The notes beneath the pieces were generated by a model, which was not told the origin of the DNA, searched no databases, and saw only the letters and a program-made list of their open reading frames with translations. Shown here piece after piece: positions 38,984 to 50,341 of a DNA stretch of 64,000 bases. Within the stretch, counting starts at the first letter, position 1, and each line of letters begins with the position of its first letter. The DNA lies in the NCBI GenBank assembly GCA_965238175.1, contig CBDEGZ010000003.1:2880001-2944000 (forward strand), read 5' to 3'. Both the position numbers and the translations under genes were made by a program. Source of the stretch: Gammaproteobacteria bacterium. Its GTDB lineage: Bacteria; Pseudomonadota; Gammaproteobacteria; CAJXQU01.

Positions 38984-40281
38984 TAAAAACTACGCAATAT
39001 TACGCCAGAAGCAGGGCTATTTTCTCTTGTCAATATTAAAGCTCTCAAAACAATGGCTAAGTAAACATAAAAATATGCGGCAAGTGGATAATGAGTAAAT
39101 CTATCACCAAAAATGTTGCCTGCAGCTAAACTGACAACCACACCAAAAAAACCTATGCCAAGTGCCCGATATAGCGGGTCTTCTGATTCATCATATAAAT
39201 TCTTACCAGCCTTCGCTGCTCGCCAGAGAATAATGACAAAAATAATAAATCCGATAATCCCCTGTTCAGCAAGTAATTTCAAATAGTAGTTGTGTGTATC
39301 CAACCTGGCTGGATTACGTTCTATAAACGTCAAATAGCCTTGACCTATAACAGGACTTTCCCAAAACTGTTCCATGGCCAATGCCCAGAAAACAAATCTT
39401 GATTGAGCTGATTTGTCACGATCCGATTCACTCTCAAAGGTGCTTTCAAACCTCTCTTGCACCGATTCAGGCAAGAAATTTAGCATTACACCGCCAAAGA
39501 TAAGCATTGTCGGAATAAGCATAAAAACAAACTTCTTTCGCGTGTGCCACAAAATTGCAAATATCGCCAATAAAAATCCGAGATAAGCACCTCGAGAATA
39601 ACTATATACAAGACTGTACATATTTAAGAAGATCAAAAAAACAAGAATGCACCGTACTTTGGTCGTTTTGATAAAAAAGAATAATGCAATTAACATAAAT
39701 GTGTAGGCAGAATAGAATGTGGCCATTTCATTACTACCAAGCAAGGTGAATGTTCCGCTAATTCTAAGATCATGATCATAGTGATGACTGCTTACAGATC
39801 TATGTTGCGAAAAGAAAACTCGAAACATATAGAGAAGAGGAAGAATGGTCGCCCCTAAAGCAAGGACAATCCCTCTCCTGTCACGGACACAATTCAATGT
39901 AATAAAGAACAAAAACGGAGCAAGAAAAATATCTTTCACTTTTATCAGGAGCTCCGATGGAAGCTCGCCTAGTGTCACTTTATGCATGAGTAAAGCAAGC
40001 AGCAGTGAAAGCATGAAAAAAATAATCGGTTTATTGAATGGTGTTGGTGTTTTTATATTCAGTTCAGAACGCGTTTTCCAAATAATAAATGACAGTAGAA
40101 AACATATGTTGAGCAAGTTTACTCCACCACCAAAACTCGGCAATTTCACTATATATATATTTTGTAGAGGGATTAAAAAGATCAAAAATAGTAATACAAA
40201 ATTCGCCTTGATATTTCCATCATTTCCAACCTGAGAAGATGTATGAGAACGTGATTTTTTAATGATTACTGAATCTGACAT
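38983..40281 (-). CDS. O-antigen ligase/Wzy-like polymerase family protein
   Basis: Polytopic membrane protein; SRGAYLG, SAQSR, PVIGQG, THNYYL..LAEQG. Confidence 0.85.
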   Translation of the reverse strand: MSDSVIIKKSRSHTSSQVGNDGNIKANFVLLFLIFLIPLQNIYIVKLPSFGGGVNLLNICFLLSFIIWKTRSELNIKTPTPFNKPIIFFMLSLLLALLMHKVTLGELPSELLIKVKDIFLAPFLFFITLNCVRDRRGIVLALGATILPLLYMFRVFFSQHRSVSSHHYDHDLRISGTFTLLGSNEMATFYSAYTFMLIALFFFIKTTKVRCILVFLIFLNMYSLVYSYSRGAYLGFLLAIFAILWHTRKKFVFMLIPTMLIFGGVMLNFLPESVQERFESTFESESDRDKSAQSRFVFWALAMEQFWESPVIGQGYLTFIERNPARLDTHNYYLKLLAEQGIIGFIIFVIILWRAAKAGKNLYDESEDPLYRALGIGFFGVVVSLAAGNIFGDRFTHYPLAAYFYVYLAIVLRALILTRENSPASGVILRSF

Positions 40282-40296
40282 GATAAGCAGGCAGGA

Positions 40297-41487
40297 TCAG
40301 ATTACTGATGAGGCTTGTTGTTCCAACTTATTAGCGGATACTTTTTTATTAATAATTCCGATATAACTAGCGATCATTTCCTCATAAGAAAATTGTTGTT
40401 TGACATGCTCAAATGCCTTTAAGCCCATTTTGGTACGTAGCGCCTTTGAATCAAATAATTTTTCCATAGCGACAAGGATTGAATTAGCCTCAGTAGATAC
40501 TAAAAATCCATCAACACCATCTTCTATAACCTCGACATTTCCACCAACACAAGATGCTATCGCAGGCTTTTTTGCAGCCATAGCTTCTAATAATGCATTT
40601 GACAGCCCTTCTGTATGGCTCGCTAGTACAAATATATCAATAGCATCATAAACATGTTCAATATCATCTCGTGATCCTAAAAAGTGTACATATGACTCGA
40701 GATTTAAACTAGAAACCAGTTGCTCTAATTGCGCACGTAAATGGCCTATACCGGCGAGTATCAGGTGTGCGTTTTTACCTTTTTCATGCATTGTTTTCAG
40801 CGCACTTATAACAGAAGAATGGTTTTTAACCGGGAATAAATTTGCAACCATTCCAAAGATTTGTTCATTCGAATTTACACCTATCTGCGTTCTAATTTCG
40901 TTTCCATTTAAATTCTCAAAACGTTTAAGATCAACCGCATTGTAGATAACTTTTATTTTTTCAGCAGTAACACCTTGATCAATAATTGAATCTTTCACTG
41001 CATTCGAAACAGCAATGAAATGTGTAAAAAGCCTATTTACGACTCGGTATACCAATGCCAATTTCTTACTATTTCTAAAACCTGTATCTCTCCGATTAGA
41101 AATTCTCATTTCAATACCAGCAAAATACCCTAAAGTTCCAACTACTACGTCTGACGTTTCAAAAAATGACATAGCACAATCATAATCACCAGCCTTCATA
41201 ATCTTATAGATTTTGATCAAGTGTTTTAGCGCAGAGGGTGCGTACACTCTTCTAATTGGTATTCTATGAAAGTTTATATTAGATAATTCGGACAAATAAC
41301 GAGCGTCAAATACATTGTCAACAGGGTTATCCATATCAAAATAGATAACATCCACAGAGCAACTTTCAGGATCCAAGCCTAATAATAAATTCCAAAGATG
41401 ACACTCTGCACCTCCTGTCCGACCACCGACTACCGTGTCAGTTAAAATTAATAATTTCCGCACAATTAATATTTCCCTGTTTTGCAC
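40297..41487 (-). CDS. Glycosyltransferase family 4
   Basis: GGAE, PVKNH, EGLSNALLEAMA. Confidence 0.9.
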   Translation of the reverse strand: MQNREILIVRKLLILTDTVVGGRTGGAECHLWNLLLGLDPESCSVDVIYFDMDNPVDNVFDARYLSELSNINFHRIPIRRVYAPSALKHLIKIYKIMKAGDYDCAMSFFETSDVVVGTLGYFAGIEMRISNRRDTGFRNSKKLALVYRVVNRLFTHFIAVSNAVKDSIIDQGVTAEKIKVIYNAVDLKRFENLNGNEIRTQIGVNSNEQIFGMVANLFPVKNHSSVISALKTMHEKGKNAHLILAGIGHLRAQLEQLVSSLNLESYVHFLGSRDDIEHVYDAIDIFVLASHTEGLSNALLEAMAAKKPAIASCVGGNVEVIEDGVDGFLVSTEANSILVAMEKLFDSKALRTKMGLKAFEHVKQQFSYEEMIASYIGIINKKVSANKLEQQASSVI

Positions 41488-41535
41488 AACGCATAATCTA
41501 AATTACGTTTGTATGTGCGTACAACAATTGATTTA

Positions 41536-42648
41536 CTATCCAGGTTCACCAGGAGGAATAAACCCTTGTATGACACCACTCGACTCACTATTTTTTTGAA
41601 TAACAGCCGCTCCTTTTTTCTCAATCGAAACGAGTTTCGCAGTTAGCTCATTACTCTCGACTTGCTGCTGTTTTTTCTTAAACTCTTCAAGTTTATTATC
41701 CATCATGCTACCAATCGCATTGATTAATTGTTCCTGTTGAAGTAGCGCATTAGCAGAACTATTAACGTTAGATACATCGGGGCTAATAGGGTTTACTTGA
41801 CCAGGCCCTGCTGCAGGATCTAGCTCATCTGTTCCCCAAGACTCTTCTACAAGATCTCCTCTCACCATTTCAAGAATTGCTTCGCCAATTTCGCTACTTT
41901 CTTCAAGACCAGCACAAAGTAACAGGCGATCACAAAATACATTTATCTTTCTTGGGATTCCTTTTGCGTGTTCATATATCGCATCAAAAGCCTGCTCAGT
42001 AAATATAGGATTTCCAACCCAACCAACCATCTGCAAACGATGAGTAACATAACCTTCCGTTTCATCTCGGCTCATTGGTTTTAAATGGTAGGCTGCAATT
42101 ACACGCTGTCTTAGCTGCTCAAATTGAGGTAACCGCATGGTTGCCCTAAATTCTCTTTGCCCTAACAAGAAGCTCTGTAGTAATGCTCTACTATCCATCT
42201 GGAAATTTGATAGCATTCGCAACTCTTCTATTGATCTCGGAGGTAAATTTTGAGCTTCATCGACCAGTAATAATGCCCTTTTACCTTCATGAGCAAGCTG
42301 TCTAAAAAAAGTTTCAAGATTTTTAAGCAGAACCGCTTTAGAAACTCCGTCATAGGCAAGCCCAAACTCGGCTGCAACAACCCTCAATAAATCATCTTCT
42401 TGAATCTGTGTAGTCACTACCTTAGCAGCAACGATGTGCTTATTTTCCAGCTCATCTGATAAAGCATTTACTAAAGTTGTTTTCCCTGTCCCAACATCGC
42501 CAGTAATGACGATAAACCCTTCCATCGACTTTATTCCATATAGTAGATACGAAAGGGCTCTTTTATGACCGTTACTTTCATAAAAAAATCGATGATCAGG
42601 CGTTATTTGAAATGGCTTACCCGTAAAATTGTAATATTCTCGATACAT
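41536..42648 (-). CDS. ExeA-like ATPase, XrtA/PEP-CTERM system associated
   Basis: KPFQITPD, GDVGTGKTT, VDEAQNL, EELRMLSN, GIPRKIN. Confidence 0.88.
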   Translation of the reverse strand: MYREYYNFTGKPFQITPDHRFFYESNGHKRALSYLLYGIKSMEGFIVITGDVGTGKTTLVNALSDELENKHIVAAKVVTTQIQEDDLLRVVAAEFGLAYDGVSKAVLLKNLETFFRQLAHEGKRALLLVDEAQNLPPRSIEELRMLSNFQMDSRALLQSFLLGQREFRATMRLPQFEQLRQRVIAAYHLKPMSRDETEGYVTHRLQMVGWVGNPIFTEQAFDAIYEHAKGIPRKINVFCDRLLLCAGLEESSEIGEAILEMVRGDLVEESWGTDELDPAAGPGQVNPISPDVSNVNSSANALLQQEQLINAIGSMMDNKLEEFKKKQQQVESNELTAKLVSIEKKGAAVIQKNSESSGVIQGFIPPGEPG

Positions 42649-42700
42649 AAGTCTAGTTCACACTGCTAATTTATTTTCATTCTGTAGCTAAAATCAATAC

Positions 42701-43624
42701 TCAGGGACTGTTATAATAACCATAGTAGCCTGAGTCACTTTCATCATCACTTTGATTTAAAATCAAACCAACATATTTAGAATGATCAAGGCGCTCGACC
42801 GCACTAATAAATTCTTTTTCTGTAGTCTTACCTGCGTGTATAACAAAAGCTACCTGCCCTACCAAGCTAGCCAAAACTGGAGCCTCACTTGTTGCTAATA
42901 TCGGTGGACAATCGAATAAGATAACCCGATCCTTGTAACGCTTGGATAGCTCATTAACCAAAGCTTCCATACGACTACTGGACATTAGCTCAGTTACGTT
43001 ATTAACTTTCTTGCCGGTAGGCAAAATCGTCAGGCCATCGATATCTGTCCTAATCAATACCTCATTAAGACTAGCATTTCCAATCAAAACCTCCGTCAGT
43101 CCAGCTTTACCAGACAAACCAAAGTTTTTCGTCGTATCTGATTTAGCAACATCTGCATCGATAAGAAGGACTCTTCTATCAATCTCACGGGCAATACTTA
43201 AAGCGAGATTTGTAGTGATAAAAGTTTTACCTTCATCTGGAAGCGAACTCGTCACCATGATTAGATTACCCTTTTCTATTGAGGTACCATCACCTAACCC
43301 TGCAGAATTCAATAACAACCTACGCTTGATCATTCTCAACTCTTCATTAAGGCGTGGGTTATCCTCATTAATCAGCTCAACGTGTTCTTTACGTAAGCGT
43401 CTTAAATCTACTTTAATCGTTTCAGTAGTACTTTCTTCTACGGCACGGTTTTCTACACTAGGCTCTCTACTGTTGGAAAAACGCTGACCACTCACACGAT
43501 CAGCTTCGGCAACGACAGCCCCAAAGACTTCAGCGACACTTTCAGAATCTTTTTTCTGGACAATTCTGTTTGGTTCTATAGGGTCAACCATCAGCTTGTT
43601 TACTGCTTTTTCTATGATACTCAT
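42701..43624 (-). CDS. XrtA-associated tyrosine autokinase (BY-kinase)
   Basis: MSIIEKA, TSSLPDEGKT, LIDAD, FDCPP, C-terminal GYYGYY. Confidence 0.9.
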   Translation of the reverse strand: MSIIEKAVNKLMVDPIEPNRIVQKKDSESVAEVFGAVVAEADRVSGQRFSNSREPSVENRAVEESTTETIKVDLRRLRKEHVELINEDNPRLNEELRMIKRRLLLNSAGLGDGTSIEKGNLIMVTSSLPDEGKTFITTNLALSIAREIDRRVLLIDADVAKSDTTKNFGLSGKAGLTEVLIGNASLNEVLIRTDIDGLTILPTGKKVNNVTELMSSSRMEALVNELSKRYKDRVILFDCPPILATSEAPVLASLVGQVAFVIHAGKTTEKEFISAVERLDHSKYVGLILNQSDDESDSGYYGYYNSP

Positions 43625-43647
43625 AATATTATTCTCAATACTTTTCC

Positions 43648-45309
43648 TTATTCCAACATATCCTTAATAGAACCACCAACACCATCATCTATTTGTTCTT
43701 CTACTTGTTCGACACCAAACCCGGCATAGTCCCGAACGTAATCAACATCAAACAAATATGCCAACATCAAAGTTGCATATACTAGAAGTAACATACCTGA
43801 TGCCAGCGAATAAGAGATATTACCAGCCCCTTTTACCAAGTGGCTGCCAACACTATTTAATTGTGAAATATTACCCAAAATAGGCAAGGTCGTTAATTGT
43901 TTTATAGACTGCTTGCTATATATTTTAGGTTGCATCATTGACAAACAGATACCGCCTCCCACACCACCAGCAAGTGCTAACAAAAACACCACTGTTAGCA
44001 ACTTAAATCGGTTCGGTCCAATAGGTGTAAGTGGCACACGTGGTGGATCAATTATTTCAAATTGAAGCTTATCAGTATTATTCACATCCTCTGTGATACT
44101 TGCAGCTTCTCTTCTCTTTAATAATTCAGCATGCTCTACCCTATTTACCGAATAATCACGATCCAATCTGGCTAACTTAGCTTCAATATCGGGCAAAGTA
44201 TCAACTGAAGCTTCCATTTCGATTAATCTTTTCTTATATTCGGCCACTCTCGTCTTGAGTGCAGCTACCATAGCATCCGCCTCACCATAAGCTAACTTTA
44301 AGGTTTGATAAGCGGGGTTTGCAACAGAAATTGGAGCTGTGCGAATTGCATTACCATCGCCTGCATCAGTCACTACGCCCGTTACACCAGCACTTTTTTG
44401 TGCTTGTAGTTGCTCCAGTTTCCTTTTAGCAGATGCAACATCAGGGTGTGCACCTGAGTACTTTAATAATAACCCATCAAGTTCAGCCTGAGCTGTCATG
44501 ATGTTGATATCAATCGGTAAACCTCCGCTCTGCCTAACACCACCAACAACCCCACCTCCAGTTGCTGTATAGGCTGGAGTTGTCTTTAACTGTTTTGCAA
44601 GAGCAGCACGTCGATGCTCGAGCTCTTGCAAATCTAATTTTGCAGTTTGAAACTGCAGTTTCATTGCCTCTAAGCGTGTGAAATAAGTTCTTTCATCATT
44701 AGCAATAACACCTGGATGTTCTTTTTTAAATGCAACCAGTCGTTGTTCTGCACCCTGTAACTTTACTTCGTACTCAGCAATTTTCTCATCTAGAAACCTT
44801 TTTGAGACATCCGTATCTAACCTGTTTGCACTAACGACTTTTTCAATGAATAAATCTAATAATGTTTGAACCACCTTTTTTGCCACAAGGGGATCACTAC
44901 TCGTGTAAACCAGGCTATACACATTATTTTCTTCCCTACCCCCACCAATTAAGATCTGCTCTGAAAGTCTTTTTAGCATTTTCTCATAACCTCTGGAAGT
45001 GCTAACTTTCTTATCTAGCTCAGCTCTACTAGCAACGATCTCTAAGTTAGGACGGGAAAGTAATGTTCGTTTCATTATTTCTGCTGTCGACTCGGTTACC
45101 GTACTTTCAACAGTAATATTTTTTAATAAAGGTTTTAGCATTGAACGGGTGTCGACATAAACACGGCTCGTAACTTCATAACTGTCTGGCGTAACAATCA
45201 CTGCCACCCAGCCAATAACCGAAATTAAAATAGCCACGATCAAACCCAGCCATCGGTTTTCCCAAAAGTTCCTAAAAAGATGTTTTATCTGTTCTACTGT
45301 TTCTTCCAT
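43648..45309 (-). CDS. XrtA-system polysaccharide chain-length determinant
   Basis: Two TM segments flanking coiled coils; LLSRPNL, HPDV, IIDPPRVP..P.GPNR. Confidence 0.88.
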   Translation of the reverse strand: MEETVEQIKHLFRNFWENRWLGLIVAILISVIGWVAVIVTPDSYEVTSRVYVDTRSMLKPLLKNITVESTVTESTAEIMKRTLLSRPNLEIVASRAELDKKVSTSRGYEKMLKRLSEQILIGGGREENNVYSLVYTSSDPLVAKKVVQTLLDLFIEKVVSANRLDTDVSKRFLDEKIAEYEVKLQGAEQRLVAFKKEHPGVIANDERTYFTRLEAMKLQFQTAKLDLQELEHRRAALAKQLKTTPAYTATGGGVVGGVRQSGGLPIDINIMTAQAELDGLLLKYSGAHPDVASAKRKLEQLQAQKSAGVTGVVTDAGDGNAIRTAPISVANPAYQTLKLAYGEADAMVAALKTRVAEYKKRLIEMEASVDTLPDIEAKLARLDRDYSVNRVEHAELLKRREAASITEDVNNTDKLQFEIIDPPRVPLTPIGPNRFKLLTVVFLLALAGGVGGGICLSMMQPKIYSKQSIKQLTTLPILGNISQLNSVGSHLVKGAGNISYSLASGMLLLVYATLMLAYLFDVDYVRDYAGFGVEQVEEQIDDGVGGSIKDMLE

Positions 45310-45613
45310 AACTATAAGAATTCTTCAATTAATGTAAAAATTTATAATTTGCATTATCCCTTCTTAAGCGAAACGCATCATCCTTTGCTAAATCAATCCT
45401 TTAACTCTAGTTAGAGTATTAATTTTCTCCTAGATCCACCAGTCAGAGTCAGACAAAACCTCTATTATATCACCTTAATGCTAACAGAGTTTTACATAAG
45501 TGCCGAGGATCATTAATAACTAGCTAATGCTTCCCAGGCCTCATACTTCCGATAATCGATTACTGCTATTCTTTAAAATTAACTTTGCCTTTAAACTGAT
45601 CAAAAAAATTGTC

Positions 45614-47029
45614 CTAACGCCCTCCTTTACCCCAGAGTACCACTTGAACAGTCTGTAGCAGTATTGTGATATCTAAAAACAGACTATAATTTTTCAGGTA
45701 ATACAAATCGTACTGAAGTTTTTCGCGTGAATCTTCTTCTGAGGCACCATACGGATAACAAATTTGAGCCCAACCTGTGATACCTGGTTTCACATGATGA
45801 CGCATTTCGTAATATTTAATCGTTTTTGCCAGTTCTGAAACAAACTGAGGTCTCTCCGGTCTTGGACCTACAAAGCTCATGTCCCCGCGAAGCACATTAT
45901 AAAGTTGCGGCAATTCGTCCAGACGTGTTTTACGTATAAATGCACCAACCCCGGTAACACGACTATCATTAGATTGCGCCCACTGTGCCACACCATTCTT
46001 CTCAGCATCAACACGCATACTTCTAAATTTCAATATTTCAAAATGCTTCCCATTTAAGCCTACACGTACTTGCCTATAAATAACCGGATCTCGAAACCCG
46101 GATTCTATAAAAATCGCCAGAGCAGTAAGCCCAATAAATGGTAAAAATAGAATTGCAAGAATCGTACTGACAACAACATCAAAAACCCGTTTACCTGAAG
46201 ACTTTAGTACAGCCTGTGTAAAACCATCTGCAAAAATAAAATTACTTGGATGTAAAGAATCCAGCTTCATTTTTCCAAGCTGGCGTTCATAAAAGGTAGA
46301 CACATCGATAATTTGGACGCCTTGCATTTTACATTGCAAAATATCATCGACAGGAATACTGTTTCGCCTATCATCTACCGCAACCACGATTTCATCGATG
46401 TCACTGGATACGACATAGTCTATGAGGTGTATATTCTCAAGAGAAATGATTCGTTCATCAGCTACAACCTGTTTATCATTACCTACCGGAGCAAACCCAA
46501 CTAAATTAATACCTCGATGATCTGTTTTTCGTCTGAGTTGGCCAATAAGTTGGGCTGTATGACCTACACCCAGGATCAATAAGTTCCTTTGCCATGCAGT
46601 ATCTGTTCGATGAAAACAAAGAAACCGACTGGAAATAATCCCAATGAAAGCACAAAAGAAGGCCATGCCAAATGCACCCCGACCAAGTATCAAGTCCGGA
46701 GTCATGTAAAAAACCAAAGCCATCAACAACAATCCTATAAAGAAACTGCCGACAATTCTTACAAAAGTCGTTTTTGATCCTTCACGATAATCCCGTTGAT
46801 AGAGCCCCATTGTTGTCATCACACCAAACATGACAAGCATAAAAACCATTGCACGAGGGAAAATAGTTTGGAGTGGACCTTCAATTTCAATACTGTATAT
46901 CTGGTATGAGTGCCAATCGTAGAAACGTAAAATCACACCCAAATAAACAGATACAAAAAAAATGGCGAGTTCAACCATTATTAGCATCATTATTGTCTTT
47001 GGCACGTAATGTCTGAAGATTCTGTACAT
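45614..47029 (-). CDS. Priming sugar transferase, XrtA/PEP-CTERM type (TIGR03013-like)
   Basis: RIFRHY N-terminus, KFRSM, LDELPQ, GPRPERP, KPGITGWAQ, KLQYDLYY. Confidence 0.92.
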   Translation of the reverse strand: MYRIFRHYVPKTIMMLIMVELAIFFVSVYLGVILRFYDWHSYQIYSIEIEGPLQTIFPRAMVFMLVMFGVMTTMGLYQRDYREGSKTTFVRIVGSFFIGLLLMALVFYMTPDLILGRGAFGMAFFCAFIGIISSRFLCFHRTDTAWQRNLLILGVGHTAQLIGQLRRKTDHRGINLVGFAPVGNDKQVVADERIISLENIHLIDYVVSSDIDEIVVAVDDRRNSIPVDDILQCKMQGVQIIDVSTFYERQLGKMKLDSLHPSNFIFADGFTQAVLKSSGKRVFDVVVSTILAILFLPFIGLTALAIFIESGFRDPVIYRQVRVGLNGKHFEILKFRSMRVDAEKNGVAQWAQSNDSRVTGVGAFIRKTRLDELPQLYNVLRGDMSFVGPRPERPQFVSELAKTIKYYEMRHHVKPGITGWAQICYPYGASEEDSREKLQYDLYYLKNYSLFLDITILLQTVQVVLWGKGGR

Positions 47030-47070
47030 ATATTATATTACTTTTGGCCTTATTTGGTTTCTTCTTAGTT

Positions 47071-47097
47071 TTATCGGCAGCCTGACTAGGATCTTTA
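47071..47097 (-). promoter_or_regulatory. Sigma-28 (FliA) consensus promoter
   Basis: Minus strand TAAA-N15-GCCGATAA; -10 box ends 41 nt before the ATG at 47029. Confidence 0.7.
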
Positions 47098-47288
47098 AAG
47101 TTAGAACCAATAATAGAACGACTGTGTCTGTAAAACAGGTACGATACTTTTCAATAGCTAAATATTACAGAGATAGTGCAGATTCATCTTACGAAAGACA
47201 AGGAAACAATCCTTTTAATAACAACATGTTACATTTTACATTGTTATAACAATTACTAGATAACTCAGTTATTTAAAAGCAGGAATTC

Positions 47289-47306
47289 TGTCGTTATCTA
47301 ACGACA
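47289..47306. promoter_or_regulatory. Palindromic TGTC-N10-GACA box (GlrR-type site) upstream of the EPS cluster
   Basis: TGTCGTTATCTAACGACA. Confidence 0.55.
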
Positions 47307-47408
47307 ATTAGAATTGGTACAATAGAATAAATGTTAGTTCTACTTTAAATAGATAATTTTTTATAATTCGAATATAAAACTATCATCTTAAAGAGTATCG
47401 AAGATCAG

Positions 47409-49973
47409 TCACTTCATAAATCGATCAAGTGTTTGTAACAAGGTCGCCTTTTTAATCGGTTTTGTCAGATGAGAATCACAGCCAGCCTCCAGGCTTTTTT
47501 CCATATCTTCTTTAACAGCATGAGCAGTTAAGGCGATGATAGGAGTTGATTCTAAATGATTTTCTTTCTCCCAACGTCTAATCTCACGGGTTGCAGTATG
47601 TCCATCCATAACGGGCATCTGAATATCCATTAATACCAAACTATAATGCCCTTTTGTGAATTTTTCGACCGCAATCTGGCCATTCTCTGCTTCTTCAATC
47701 TTAAATGTTGTTCTCTTCAAATAAGCATTGATCAATAACCGGTTATCTTCGTTATCTTCAACCAGCAAAATAGGTGCGCAATTAATAAACGACTTTTGTT
47801 CAATTGTATTTAGGTGTTGATTGTCGCTGGGTAACGACACCGATAATGTTCCGGCAACAGCCCTCAATAGCTCTTCAGATTTGATCGGTTTTACCAAGTA
47901 ATTGCTTACACCACATGACTTAGCTTTTTCCAAATCACTATTTAAGTTGGAAGAAGATAACATGAGTACAGTCCTGACACTGCCACCGATTTTATGGACC
48001 CTATTTATGACATCAAAACCATCTATATCTGGCATATGAAAATCAGAAATAACCAAATCATATGGAGATCCTTTTTCTATCGCATCTTTGTAGGCAATAA
48101 CTCCAGAATGACCATCTTTTGCCTCTGTGATAATCATCTCTTTTTGCGATAATATTTCTCTGAGAACGAGCCTATTAGTATCATTATCATCAATGATCAA
48201 AACTCGTTGACCTGACGTATCAGGGATAGCAATGGGTAATAGATCTCCCATAGGTTCGCCCTTCTGCATCCTTATCGTAAAATGGAAAACACTGCCTCTT
48301 CCTTGCTGACTTTCCACCCACATCTGACCACCCATTATTTCTGAAAGACGTCTTGATATGGTCAAGCCCAAACCTGTTCCTCCATATTTGCGTGTGGTAG
48401 ATGAATCGACTTGATTGAAACTACCAAATATAGTGTCAAGTTTTGCTACAGGAATACCAATTCCTGTATCCGCTACGGAACACTGCAACAGAAAAGGATC
48501 ATCCTGATCAGGAGCTTGTCTAACTCTTAGAAAGATCTCACCACTTTCAGTAAATTTAACCGCATTTCCAAGCAAATTGAGAATAATCTGCCTTAACCTT
48601 CCTGGATCACCTTTCACCCAAACTGGAACATCCGCAACAACCTGACAAATCAATTCAATCCCTTTTTCATCAGTTTTTAAAGAATAAATATCGGTTGCTT
48701 CTTCAATTAATCGCGGCAAATCAAAATCAATCTCTTCTATGACGAGTTGTCCTGCCTCAATTTTAGACAAATCAAGAATATCGTTTACCAAACTTAGTAA
48801 CGCTTCGCCAGATTTACGAAAAATATCAACATAGCGGTTTTGTTCTCCAGAAAGCCTTGTTTCAGACAATAATTCAGCCATCCCAATAATCGCGTTTAAC
48901 GGCGTGCGAATTTCATGACTCATGCTGGCAAGGAATTCAGATTTTACTCTAGAAGCTTCTAACGCCTGATCGCGAGCCGTTGCTAATTCTCGTGTTTGTC
49001 GCTCAACTTGTCGTTCAATCTCTCTATTTCTTTCACGTAACTCTCGCGCTTGTATCTCTTTAGCTCTTGCAAGTGCGATCAATAATAAGGTAACCCCTGC
49101 ACCAAGAAACAAAGCTGTCAAGATTAACTTTTGATCAAGATCCGCCCAATACACAGGTCGCTGTATAGTTAATTTAGTCGAATAGTAGGGAAATTGAACC
49201 AGTGCTTCTTCGCTTAAATTCGTTATATTCCAACCTTTTGAAGAAAGATCTTCTTTGATCTTTTTCCGGAAGAGTAACTGTCTTCCTGCAATTCCCTCAG
49301 ATTCACTTTGTAACCTTATTGACAATGCATCAGAAAGTGAATTACCTAATAATGCCTCCGGTGTAATAGCCACAATGACCAGATTGTGTTTAGTTATACC
49401 TCCTGAAGCTTCATCACTCGAAACTCCTTGGACTGATTTTATCAACATATAATTAGGTTGATCGTCTCCTTCTTGATTCATTGGAGTAGGAACAACATGT
49501 TCTGTGTTCATTGCAGAATCTACTGCAATTCTCATTTGCTCTGGTATCTCTAGCATATTGTTAATACTACATACTCTATCACCACTTTTTCCTACATGAA
49601 AAATACACCTCAGTTCTGCATGTTGCTTATTGGAATAGCGTTGCGAATTTTGTGATCCAACTTCGTAATGAGAAATAGAGCGAATAAAAGAATGTCTTTC
49701 TATAAATGATTTTGCGAATGAGTGAAAAGTGTTTTCGCTCATCTCAGGGAGGGATTCAAAAAGATCTGCCATTGTTATGGTCACATCATCAGCAGCAGAA
49801 ACGCCTCGGTTAACCAAAGAACTTATCGAAACTGTCTCAAAGGCAAACTCTTTTTTCTCATCATCTATCGAATTAAACCAGGCCAATAAGAAAAGTATTA
49901 ATGTAAATGACAAACCGAGAATGGTCGTCACTAAATAGATAAATCGTCTGGAAGGCAATCGATTGTGTTTCAA
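47409..49973 (-). CDS. Hybrid sensor histidine kinase (periplasmic sensor-HisKA-HATPase-REC-REC)
   Basis: Two TM helices, [21 protein letters not shown], two receivers. Confidence 0.92.
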   Translation of the reverse strand: MKHNRLPSRRFIYLVTTILGLSFTLILFLLAWFNSIDDEKKEFAFETVSISSLVNRGVSAADDVTITMADLFESLPEMSENTFHSFAKSFIERHSFIRSISHYEVGSQNSQRYSNKQHAELRCIFHVGKSGDRVCSINNMLEIPEQMRIAVDSAMNTEHVVPTPMNQEGDDQPNYMLIKSVQGVSSDEASGGITKHNLVIVAITPEALLGNSLSDALSIRLQSESEGIAGRQLLFRKKIKEDLSSKGWNITNLSEEALVQFPYYSTKLTIQRPVYWADLDQKLILTALFLGAGVTLLLIALARAKEIQARELRERNREIERQVERQTRELATARDQALEASRVKSEFLASMSHEIRTPLNAIIGMAELLSETRLSGEQNRYVDIFRKSGEALLSLVNDILDLSKIEAGQLVIEEIDFDLPRLIEEATDIYSLKTDEKGIELICQVVADVPVWVKGDPGRLRQIILNLLGNAVKFTESGEIFLRVRQAPDQDDPFLLQCSVADTGIGIPVAKLDTIFGSFNQVDSSTTRKYGGTGLGLTISRRLSEIMGGQMWVESQQGRGSVFHFTIRMQKGEPMGDLLPIAIPDTSGQRVLIIDDNDTNRLVLREILSQKEMIITEAKDGHSGVIAYKDAIEKGSPYDLVISDFHMPDIDGFDVINRVHKIGGSVRTVLMLSSSNLNSDLEKAKSCGVSNYLVKPIKSEELLRAVAGTLSVSLPSDNQHLNTIEQKSFINCAPILLVEDNEDNRLLINAYLKRTTFKIEEAENGQIAVEKFTKGHYSLVLMDIQMPVMDGHTATREIRRWEKENHLESTPIIALTAHAVKEDMEKSLEAGCDSHLTKPIKKATLLQTLDRFMK

Positions 49974-50009
49974 ACCTGACCCCGGTTTTGGAAACGTAGA
50001 AATAAGCGC

Positions 50010-50309
50010 TTAAGAATAAACTACTTCTACTCGATTAACATAATCTTCTAATATTTGGACAGCTTGAACAATTTCATCTTTGCTAGATGCAAGTGCTGCA
50101 ACCTCGATTCTACTGCCTAACTCTGTAATGGCGTCAAACCCATATCCACCACCAGATCCCTTCATGCTGTGTCCTAAAGTATGAATTTGATCAAAGTTTT
50201 TAGTCTGAAGACATTCTCTAATAAGTACGATGTCCTTACGACGATTATCCATATATCCGGGAATCAAATCCTCAAGATCAGGGTCGCACTGCACGGTTAT
50301 ATTTTCCAA
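50010..50309 (-). CDS. Stand-alone Hpt phosphotransfer protein
   Basis: GHSMKGSGGGYG. Confidence 0.88.
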   Translation of the reverse strand: MENITVQCDPDLEDLIPGYMDNRRKDIVLIRECLQTKNFDQIHTLGHSMKGSGGGYGFDAITELGSRIEVAALASSKDEIVQAVQILEDYVNRVEVVYS

Positions 50310-50341
50310 TTTGATTCTCCCTTCCTTTTTATTATCTATCT

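Noticed and set aside
45310-45613. wza pseudogene in the gap
   Set aside because: Only a few bases faintly suggest it; no ORF or alignable stretch by eye
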